Source: an uncultured Candidatus Saccharibacteria bacterium (GTDB taxonomy: Bacteria; Patescibacteriota; Saccharimonadia; Saccharimonadales; AWTP1-31). From it: DNA of 34,193 nucleotides. A program made the position numbers and the translations under genes. The notes under the pieces are model-generated. The model saw only the letters and a list, made by a program, of their open reading frames with translations. It was not told where the DNA came from and ran no database searches. Where the stretch lies: NCBI GenBank assembly GCA_964494545.1, contig CAZBRN010000001.1:1-34193 (forward strand). The letters run 5' to 3'. This document shows positions 18,853 to 26,412 of this stretch, piece by piece (the stretch's first letter is position 1; each line of letters starts with the position of its first letter).

Positions 18853-18869
18853 ATGTGATAGGTGGATGC

Positions 18870-19187
18870 CTAAGCAATCTTGGTAATTTTGATCACGGTG
18901 CTTCGTTGACGGTGACCATGAATCTTGTGTACCCGCTTCTTCGCTTTATAGCGAATCGCGAGGACTTTATCGCCTAGAATTTGTTGTTCTACTATTTCTG
19001 CTTGGACCTTAGATCCTGTTACTTCAGGTGTACCAACGGCTACGTTTTCACCATCGATTACCATGAGAGGTACGAAACTAGCCGTTTTTTCATCATCATT
19101 CAATAGCTCAACTTCAAGAGTTTGACCTTCGGTTACTAGATATTGTTTACCACCTGTGGCGATAACTGCTTTTTTAGTGTTGCTCAT
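18870..19187 (-). CDS. rplU: 50S ribosomal protein L21
   Basis: 105 aa; GGKQYLVTEGQTLEVE...KKRVHKIHGHRQRSTVIKITKI is typical of L21. Confidence 0.95.
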   Translation of the reverse strand: MSNTKKAVIATGGKQYLVTEGQTLEVELLNDDEKTASFVPLMVIDGENVAVGTPEVTGSKVQAEIVEQQILGDKVLAIRYKAKKRVHKIHGHRQRSTVIKITKIA

Positions 19188-19254
19188 TATGTTCTTTCTT
19201 AGAAAAAGTTATACCAATAGATCTTAACAGATAGAGAGGCCGCTGTAAAGAGTC

Positions 19255-22227
19255 TTAGACTTTGCTCAGAGCTAATGTTAATTCATGCCCATCGACTTTA
19301 ACTGTCTGAGTGAATTCGTGATTGTTAGCGCCCTGGGTTAGTTTTGTAGCAAGCGTCTCGTGACAAATCTCGACTTTATGTGTCGCAATTGCTGTGGTCA
19401 CGAGCTCTACGGTAGATGTAAGGTCAAGAGATATTCTATCGTCTACATCTAATTCTGCCTGTTTACGAGCGCTTTGAACCTGGCGGACAATTTCTCTCAT
19501 TAATCCTTCAAGTCTTAGTTCATCGGTCAAAGATGTGTCAATTTCGGCTTTAATTTCGGCCTCATTGCTACCACCTATATTTGAAATAACTTCTTTGACA
19601 TTTAGTTCTTCGGCGATGATTTCAATAAGCTCGGGCGCTAAATCATCTACGCCGTAAACGGTAACTTTTTTAAGAGGCTGTCTTACTTTTATACTGGCTG
19701 CTGCTCTCTGTGAAAGACCTTGATTTATCAATTCTCTGACCTTTTGCATATGATGTATCGATAGCTCATTTATGTGTCCTACTGTTGGCCAGTCAAGTAA
19801 GTGAACGGATTCGCCTCCTGTAAGCTTGTGGTAGAGTTCTTCGGCTAAAAACGGTGTGAATGGAGCAAGCACTATTGAAAGTTGCGTCAGGACGTAGTGT
19901 AGTGTCCTGTAGGCGTCTTCTTTGTCGGTCAGCTCATCGCTTTTCCAGAATCTTCGCCGGCTTCGTCTAACATACCAATTACTTGCATCATCAATGAACG
20001 GCAAAATTGGTTTCATAGCATTCGGAATATCGTAGATATCCATATGCTTCTCAACTTCAGCTGTAAGCTGATGCACCCTACTAACAATCCACGAGTCTAA
20101 AGGATTTCGACAAAGTTCGGTTGGGTCTGAATGTTTTCCGCCCCACTCCCAGCCGTCAACTTCAGCATACATGGTAAAGAAGTCGTACATATTCCATATC
20201 ATCGACAGTTTTCGTGCAACATCCCCCACTTCCTTATCTTGAAGAGTGAAGTCTTCCCCGTTCAACAATGGGCTTGAACTCAAGAGGAATCGAAGACTAT
20301 CGGCAGAAAACTTGTCCATGAGTTCATTTGGGTCTGTATAGTTACCGTAGCTTTTACTCATTTTGCGCCCGTCACTTCCGGCCACATTACCAGTTACAAT
20401 AACGTTCTTAAAGGAGTTTCCTCCAAAAAGAGCCACGCTCATTGAGTGCATATAATAAAACCATGCTCGAACTTGCCCGATATATTCAACAATAAAATCA
20501 CCGGGATAGTTTTGCTCGAACTTCTCTTTATTCTCAAATGGATAGTGGAATTGTGCGAAAGGCATACTTCCCGCTTCGAACCAACTATCCATAACCTTGT
20601 CTATTCTTGTGTATCGGATACCGTCAATTTCAAAGGTTATATCATCAACCCAAGGGCGATGGTAATCATCTAATTCCTTACCTGATAATTCCTTGAGTTC
20701 AGCATAACTTCCGACTACCTTCACATGAGTGTTACCTTCTTTATCGTCTCCCTTCCAGACGGGCATTGCAGTCGCCCAGAAACGATCGCGGGAAATGTTC
20801 CAATCTGGAGCCTGCTCGATTGTTTTAGTAAACCGGCCATTTTTTACATGTTCAGGAAACCAGTTGATATCGCCGTTCTGCTCAAGCATAGTCGAACGTT
20901 GCGAATCGATATCCATAAACCAACTTGGATGAGCTCGATACATCAGCCGTGTTCCACAACGGTGACAATGTGGGTAGCTATGACGATAGTATTCGATCTT
21001 CCAAACGATACCTCGTTCTTTGAGTTCTTTTGCTATCGGTTTATTTACTTCCCAGACATTTTGACCCTGCCAATCACCCTCAGTGTATTCACCATTTGCA
21101 TCAAGAACATGCACGACAGGTATATTTTTTTCTTGAGCAAGAGCGAAATCTTCTTCCCCGTATGCTGGCGCAAGATGCACGATGCCTGTACCACTTTCAG
21201 TGGTAACATAGTCGGCATGCCAAACGCTATGAGCTTTTTCGCCACGATCATCAAATAACGGTTCGTAATCTATATGGAGAAGGTCTAACCCCTTAAATTC
21301 TTCGATAATTGTATAGTCAAGTGGTTGATGTTTTTCATCCTGAAACACTGCTTCTACACAGTCTTTAGCAAGAATTAGCCATTCACCAGCATATTCTACT
21401 TTCGCGTACGTTAAATCTTTATTGATTGCCACAGCAGTGTTTGCCAATAACGTCCAAGGAGTTGTTGTCCAAGCCAACAAATATGTCTTCGGGGTAGATT
21501 CGATTTCTTTTTTAGTCTTCTCAACTTCTTCATCCGACATACCCAAAGTAAGATCTTCCTGGTCCATATCACTGTCATCCGATAGTCTAAACTTCACGTA
21601 GACGCTTGGATCAGTAACATCCTGGTACGCTCCGGCATCCATGGTGACTTCTGCTTTGCTAAGAGGAGTGGCATCAAGCGTGCAATACATAAGCACCTTT
21701 TCACCCTCGTATATTTTGCCTTTTTCATATAGTTCCTTAAAAGCCCACCACACAGACTCCATGTAGTCTTTGTCCATAGTCTTATAAGCGCCTTTGAAGT
21801 CGACCCATCGCCCTATTCGATCGACAGTATCTTCCCATTCACTGCTGGTCTGAACCATGTTTTCTCGACAAGCAATAATATATTTTTCAATGCCATATTC
21901 AAGAACTTCCTCACGGCTGTGAATCCCCAATTTCTTCTCTGTAAATCGCTCTGCTGGCAGACCATGACAGTCCCATCCCCAAACACGCTCAACTCGTTTG
22001 CCTTTCATCGTTTGGTACCGTGGCACTACGTCTTTGACAATAGAGCTTAAGAGCGTGCCATGATGAGGTGAACCACTAATAAAGGGAGGACCATCATAGA
22101 ACACATAGGCGTTGTCTTTCGGCCGATTTTCAACCGACTTTTCAAATGTCTTATTCTTTTTCCACTGGGCAACCCAGTCCTTTTCGTACTCGAGAGCTCG
22201 TCGTCTTGTTCCTGATTTAAATTTCAT
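19255..22227 (-). CDS. ileS: isoleucine--tRNA ligase (type 2, eukaryote-like)
   Basis: 990 aa; FYDGPPFISGSPHHGT (HIGH region), WGWDCHGLP, WTTTPWTLLAN (editing domain), GRKMSKSYGN (KMSKS); SD AAGGAG. Confidence 0.97.
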   Translation of the reverse strand: MKFKSGTRRRALEYEKDWVAQWKKNKTFEKSVENRPKDNAYVFYDGPPFISGSPHHGTLLSSIVKDVVPRYQTMKGKRVERVWGWDCHGLPAERFTEKKLGIHSREEVLEYGIEKYIIACRENMVQTSSEWEDTVDRIGRWVDFKGAYKTMDKDYMESVWWAFKELYEKGKIYEGEKVLMYCTLDATPLSKAEVTMDAGAYQDVTDPSVYVKFRLSDDSDMDQEDLTLGMSDEEVEKTKKEIESTPKTYLLAWTTTPWTLLANTAVAINKDLTYAKVEYAGEWLILAKDCVEAVFQDEKHQPLDYTIIEEFKGLDLLHIDYEPLFDDRGEKAHSVWHADYVTTESGTGIVHLAPAYGEEDFALAQEKNIPVVHVLDANGEYTEGDWQGQNVWEVNKPIAKELKERGIVWKIEYYRHSYPHCHRCGTRLMYRAHPSWFMDIDSQRSTMLEQNGDINWFPEHVKNGRFTKTIEQAPDWNISRDRFWATAMPVWKGDDKEGNTHVKVVGSYAELKELSGKELDDYHRPWVDDITFEIDGIRYTRIDKVMDSWFEAGSMPFAQFHYPFENKEKFEQNYPGDFIVEYIGQVRAWFYYMHSMSVALFGGNSFKNVIVTGNVAGSDGRKMSKSYGNYTDPNELMDKFSADSLRFLLSSSPLLNGEDFTLQDKEVGDVARKLSMIWNMYDFFTMYAEVDGWEWGGKHSDPTELCRNPLDSWIVSRVHQLTAEVEKHMDIYDIPNAMKPILPFIDDASNWYVRRSRRRFWKSDELTDKEDAYRTLHYVLTQLSIVLAPFTPFLAEELYHKLTGGESVHLLDWPTVGHINELSIHHMQKVRELINQGLSQRAAASIKVRQPLKKVTVYGVDDLAPELIEIIAEELNVKEVISNIGGSNEAEIKAEIDTSLTDELRLEGLMREIVRQVQSARKQAELDVDDRISLDLTSTVELVTTAIATHKVEICHETLATKLTQGANNHEFTQTVKVDGHELTLALSKV

Positions 22228-22231
22228 ACAA

Positions 22232-22432
22232 TCTCCTTACAATAGAAAAATCACTTCTTTTAGCTGCCAGATCCCGGGGTGGGAGGTACCATCTGGCTTC
22301 CAAAAGAAGTGATTCTTTTAGCACTTATTTGTCGCTATTACGGGCTGCCCGGCTGATTCTACTTTGAAAATCATTTCTTTCAGCTGCTTCACGATTGATT
22401 GTCGCTTATCTGTATTACAGAACGCATTTGTA
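22232..22432 (-). promoter_or_regulatory. T-box-like tRNA-sensing leader of ileS
   Basis: GCCAGA-UGGUACC-UCCC-ACCCC-GGGA-UCUGGC (22297..22266) reproduces the two-helix, 7-nt-bulge T-box antiterminator geometry with the exact UGGNACC bulge. AUC-A occurs at 22313..22310 and 22399..22396. A terminator hairpin and U tract follow, immediately upstream of an aaRS gene. Confidence 0.6.
22246..22314 (-). terminator. intrinsic terminator (expression platform) of the ileS leader
   Basis: Perfect 13-bp outer helix AAUCACUUCUUUU (22314..22302) / AAAAGAAGUGAUU (22261..22249) enclosing the bulged hairpin, followed by UUUUUCUAUU. Confidence 0.65.
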
Positions 22433-22438
22433 ATTTTT

Positions 22439-22467
22439 ACTATACTCTAAGCGAGCTACTCCTGCAA
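22439..22467 (-). promoter_or_regulatory. promoter of the ileS leader
   Basis: Minus strand TTGCAG (22467..22462)-17 nt-TATAGT (22444..22439). Confidence 0.55.
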
Positions 22468-22488
22468 GATACCTCAGAAAGACGATCG

Positions 22489-22752
22489 CTAGTCCTGGAT
22501 GTAGTACATGAGCTCATTCATAAGCGGCAGTACCGGGCCCTGCCATGATCGAAGTATTTCCCCGCTGCTACTTATCGCCAATATTGCGGGGTACCGAACA
22601 ATGTCATACAGTGATGCTGCAGCCGCACCGTCCCGTGACTCTAAGCTTATAAGCTCTAATTCGTGTGATGTTTGTCGAGCGAAATCTCGGGCAAAATCTT
22701 CTACATTACGGGCATGTTCAGAAACTGGATGATATAGGATTATGACTTTCAT
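22489..22752 (-). CDS. hypothetical small protein, possibly a thioredoxin-like fold without cysteines
   Basis: 87 aa; KVIILYHP...RYPAIL...GEIL pattern is reminiscent of a Trx fold (cis-Pro loop) but there is no Cys anywhere. TAGAAT sits 7 nt upstream of the ATG. Confidence 0.5.
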   Translation of the reverse strand: MKVIILYHPVSEHARNVEDFARDFARQTSHELELISLESRDGAAAASLYDIVRYPAILAISSSGEILRSWQGPVLPLMNELMYYIQD

Positions 22753-22798
22753 TAGTATTATTCTAACGCTTTTCTATCTGCTCCCAAAACCCATATTC

Positions 22799-22832
22799 AA
22801 AAACACCCCTCAGGCGGATTCCTTCAGGGTGT
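22799..22832 (-). terminator. terminator downstream of nrdJ
   Basis: Minus strand ACACCC...GGGUGU (6-bp GC-rich stem with a further AGG/CCU pairing inside) followed by UUUU. Confidence 0.5.
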
Positions 22833-22860
22833 TTTGATTCACTATTGCAGTGACAATGGG

Positions 22861-25614
22861 TTAGCTACAGCCAGTCGTACTTCCACAAGAAGTACAAACA
22901 TAGCAAGAACCCGATCGTTGCGTTTGATTTCCGCAACTATAGCAAAGTGGTGCAGTATCATCGCTAGACTTTTTACGAGCCGTAACTGGAGCCTCTTCGG
23001 TCACAGGGGCTACTTCACTCTGTTGCGATGCCTGAGTTGGCTGGTCGTCGGTAGTTTGCTCAACCAACAGACTTGTCTGCATGTCCGGCATATCGTCAAG
23101 TGATGCAAGACCGAGTTCTAAACGATCGTCAAATGACAGATAGTCCAATGCCAATCGACGGATAATGTAATCAGTTATTGAACTGGCAGTTCTGATCTCT
23201 ACGTCATCTGTGATACCTGCAGGAGCAAAACTTGTCCCTCGAAGTGTCTTAACGTAGCTCTTAAGTGGAACACCGTACTGCAAGCCATGGCTAACGCTAA
23301 TTGCGAAAGAATCCATAAGTCCAGACAATGTTGACCCCTGCTTGGAAACGTTGATGAACAATTCGCCCGGAGTGCCATCTTCGTATTCACTCACCGTAAA
23401 GAATCCGCTCAAGTCAGCTATATGGAACTTATAGGTGCTACTCTTGCGTCGTTTAGGAAGTAATCGTCGTACGGTGCCTTTAACAATTATTTTATCTTCG
23501 ATAGTAGATGCTAGAGCTTTTTCCTCTGAACCGGCTTTTTTAGCCATACTAAGTGGTTGACCGACTTTACAGTTATCGCGGTAGACGGCAACTGCCTTAA
23601 GCCCTAATTTCCAGGCATCAATATGTAGCTGTTCGATATCTTCGACTGTTGCATCTTCCGGCATGTTGACCGTCTTGCTGATTGCACCCGATAAGAACGG
23701 CTGAACTGCTGACATCATCTTAACGTGGCCAAGATAATGGATGGAGTTGTCACCCATAGAGCAAGCGAATACTGAACGATGTTCTGGTTTCAAATGAGGC
23801 GCCCCAGTGATTGTCTTTTCGACGTCTATATAGGCGATAATTTCGTCATTCTGTTTCTTGGTATATCCAAGTGCGGTCAATGCTCGAGGGACCGTCTGGT
23901 TAACGATGTGCATCGTACCACCACCGACTAATTTTTTAACCTTAACGAGCCCGAGATCAGGTTCAATACCAGTAGTGTCACAGTCCATCATAAGCCCAAT
24001 TGTACCTGTAGGTGCGAGTACACTTGCCTGTGAGTTACGAACACCGTATAGCTGGCCAAGCTCAACTGCTTCATCCCACGAGGATGCAGCAGCACTCAAC
24101 AAATCTTCGGCGACGAGGCTAGCATCAATGTCTGAAACAGCTTTTCGATGCTTCTTAAGAACCCTAGTAACACCTTCCTGATCTTTATGGAATCCAGCGA
24201 ACGGTCCGACTCGTCGTGCCATTCGTGCGCTTGTAGCATAGGCGTGACCTGTCATAAGGGCGGTGATAGCAGCAGCTTGAGCGCGACCCTCATCAGAATC
24301 ATACGGAAGCCCTTGAGCCATCAGAAGCGCTCCAAGGTTTGCATAGCCAAGTCCAAGTTCACGATATGCTCGAGCGTTTTTATTGATGTTTTCAGTAGGA
24401 TACTCGGAATATCCGACGAGAATTTCCTGTGCAGTAAACATTAGTTCAACCGTATGCTTGAATGCTTCGATATCAAAGCTAAAATCATCATTCAAGTATT
24501 TCAAAAGGTTAATGCTAGAGAGGTTACATGCGGAGTTATCGAGGTGCATGTATTCACTGCATGGATTTGACCCGTTTATCCGACCAGCATTTGGTGTAGT
24601 GTGCCAATCATTAATTGTTGTATCAAATTGCATACCAGGATCAGCACATTCCCATGCTGCTTCTGCGAATTGTCGGAATAAATCGCGAGCCTTCATGGTT
24701 TTTACTACCTCACCGGTTGTGACTGCTTTCAAATCCCAGTCAGCATCATTTTCTACGGCAATCATGAAGTCATCAGATACGCGCATTGAGTTATTTGCAT
24801 TCTGGTATTGCACAGAGAAAGAATCTTTTCCATCTAAGCTCATATCAAATCCAAATTCTTGGAGTGCTCGAGCTTTACGCTCTTCAATAGCCTTACACCA
24901 GATAAATTCAACAATGTCCGGGTGGTCTGAATTGAGAATTACCATTTTTGCGGCCCTTCGGGTCTTTCCACCACTCTTGATCGCTCCTGCTGATGCATCG
25001 GCGCCTCTCATGAAACTAAGCGGGCCAGAAGCTGTACCGGCACTTTTACCAAGCTTTTCAACAGATGACCGAATATTACTTAGGTTGATACCAGAGCCAG
25101 AACCGCCCTTGAATATCATTCCCTCTTCTTTATACCAATTTAAGATAGCCGGCATCGTATCTTCTGCAGCCAAGATAAAGCATGCGCTCGCTTGCTGAGC
25201 ACGACTAGGTACGCCGATGTTAAACCATACTGGAGAGTTAAATGCTGCTCGTTGGGTGGCTAATACGTATTTTAGTTCTTGCGTGAAGTCTTCAACTTCT
25301 TCGGCACTTTCAAAATAACCTTCCTGCAAACCTTGTCTAGCAACGGTGTCAACGACTCTATCGATAAGGTGTCGTAATGAGGATTCGCGGCTTTTTGTAC
25401 CAGGCGTACCGGTGAAGTACTTTTGGGCGACAATATTAATTGCGTTCAACGACCAGCCTTCTGGAAATTCAACGTCTTTTTGTTCAAAAACCGGCTTACC
25501 GATCATTGGATTTACGATAATAGAATCAGTTTTGATCCATTTCAGTGCATCGTAACCTTTAGTTTTTGGCTGAGTGAACAGCCTCCTGCGACCCAGGATT
25601 GTCGTTTGTCCCAT
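22861..25614 (-). CDS. nrdJ: adenosylcobalamin-dependent (class II) ribonucleotide reductase
   Basis: 917 aa; RNR barrel motifs (NSPVWFN, GGSGSGINLSNIRS, NPCSEYMHLDNSACNLSSINL, GLMMDCDTTGIEP); Cys-rich C-terminal tail CYSCGN...CYVCTSCGSTTGCS, as in many class II enzymes; SD GAGGG. Confidence 0.95.
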   Translation of the reverse strand: MGQTTILGRRRLFTQPKTKGYDALKWIKTDSIIVNPMIGKPVFEQKDVEFPEGWSLNAINIVAQKYFTGTPGTKSRESSLRHLIDRVVDTVARQGLQEGYFESAEEVEDFTQELKYVLATQRAAFNSPVWFNIGVPSRAQQASACFILAAEDTMPAILNWYKEEGMIFKGGSGSGINLSNIRSSVEKLGKSAGTASGPLSFMRGADASAGAIKSGGKTRRAAKMVILNSDHPDIVEFIWCKAIEERKARALQEFGFDMSLDGKDSFSVQYQNANNSMRVSDDFMIAVENDADWDLKAVTTGEVVKTMKARDLFRQFAEAAWECADPGMQFDTTINDWHTTPNAGRINGSNPCSEYMHLDNSACNLSSINLLKYLNDDFSFDIEAFKHTVELMFTAQEILVGYSEYPTENINKNARAYRELGLGYANLGALLMAQGLPYDSDEGRAQAAAITALMTGHAYATSARMARRVGPFAGFHKDQEGVTRVLKKHRKAVSDIDASLVAEDLLSAAASSWDEAVELGQLYGVRNSQASVLAPTGTIGLMMDCDTTGIEPDLGLVKVKKLVGGGTMHIVNQTVPRALTALGYTKKQNDEIIAYIDVEKTITGAPHLKPEHRSVFACSMGDNSIHYLGHVKMMSAVQPFLSGAISKTVNMPEDATVEDIEQLHIDAWKLGLKAVAVYRDNCKVGQPLSMAKKAGSEEKALASTIEDKIIVKGTVRRLLPKRRKSSTYKFHIADLSGFFTVSEYEDGTPGELFINVSKQGSTLSGLMDSFAISVSHGLQYGVPLKSYVKTLRGTSFAPAGITDDVEIRTASSITDYIIRRLALDYLSFDDRLELGLASLDDMPDMQTSLLVEQTTDDQPTQASQQSEVAPVTEEAPVTARKKSSDDTAPLCYSCGNQTQRSGSCYVCTSCGSTTGCS

Positions 25615-25775
25615 AATAGTACCCTCACTATTTAGTTATATTTGTTGTTTTTGTTAGAGTTTGCAACGATCGTATGCTCTCACCATACGCTTGCCTGGCC
25701 CCCCGCTACCCTCTAATACATGGTCGATTATACATGCTTAAGAACACAGTGGGGAGCCGTCAAAATAACTACGTA

Positions 25776-26249
25776 TTATTTTTGACGATCTCTGTTTTTT
25801 TGGTCTCTTATTTGAGAAAGTTCTTTTTCAAATCCAGCTATATCTTTGAATCGCCTATACACGCTAGCGAAACGAACGTACGCAACTTCATCTAACTGTG
25901 CAAGCTTGTCCATGACAAGCTGACCAATTTTGGAAGTAGGAACTTCTGAATCACTGCAGTTATACAACTCATGTTCGACTTCTGAGACTAATCGCTCAAG
26001 GTCAAAACTTGCTACAGCTGTCTTTTCGCATGCTCTGTATAGCCCAGCCAAAAGTTTATCTCTGTTAAAAATCTCACGTATGCCATTGTTTTTTACCACT
26101 ATAAGTTGAGGTCTTTCGATCCGCTCATAGGTAGTAAAACGATAACTACATTTAAGACATGCTCTTCTTCTACGAATTGCTTCGCCGTCAGATACATCTC
26201 TAGATTCAATTACTTTTGTCTCGACTTGTTGGCATTGACTACACTTCAT
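25776..26249 (-). CDS. nrdR: transcriptional repressor NrdR
   Basis: 157 aa; N-terminal zinc ribbon CSQC...CLKC followed by an ATP-cone domain. Confidence 0.95.
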   Translation of the reverse strand: MKCSQCQQVETKVIESRDVSDGEAIRRRRACLKCSYRFTTYERIERPQLIVVKNNGIREIFNRDKLLAGLYRACEKTAVASFDLERLVSEVEHELYNCSDSEVPTSKIGQLVMDKLAQLDEVAYVRFASVYRRFKDIAGFEKELSQIRDQKNRDRQK

Positions 26250-26300
26250 GCTCTAAACTCTCTCATATTCAACCTCAATGTACAATGGCACTGATACATA

Positions 26301-26356
26301 ATAATATATATAGCGTCTATGCTTACTATCATAGCTATAGCTATAGCGTAATGCAA
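26301..26356 (-). promoter_or_regulatory. nrdR promoter with two NrdR-box-like operators
   Basis: TTGCAT (26356..26351)-17 nt-TATGAT (26333..26328). The 16-mers ACGCTATAGCTATAGC (26349..26334) and ACGCTATATATATTAT (26316..26301) start 33 bp apart. Confidence 0.45.
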
Positions 26357-26412
26357 GCATAATCTTGGTGTAATATTTAGTACGCTAAAGCCCACATAAC
26401 GGGCGCGTCATC

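Noticed and set aside
24383-25198. A 271-aa ORF on the plus strand, antisense to nrdJ. Similar cases are 177 aa at 20725..21258 antisense to ileS, 162 aa at 12717..13205 antisense to prfA, and 131 aa at 15142..15537 antisense to the HtrA-like gene.
   Set aside because: These are Ser/Ala/Pro-rich low-complexity translations with no recognisable motifs, no promoter or SD context, and they lie wholly inside strongly supported genes. They are typical shadow ORFs of the opposite strand.
25615-25775. Cobalamin-riboswitch-like fragments (CCCCACUGUG and GGCCAGG) upstream of the B12-dependent nrdJ.
   Set aside because: The region is too short and lacks the other conserved core elements (the GGUGAAA-UCC-type segments and the full B12 box). 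The matches are only short words.
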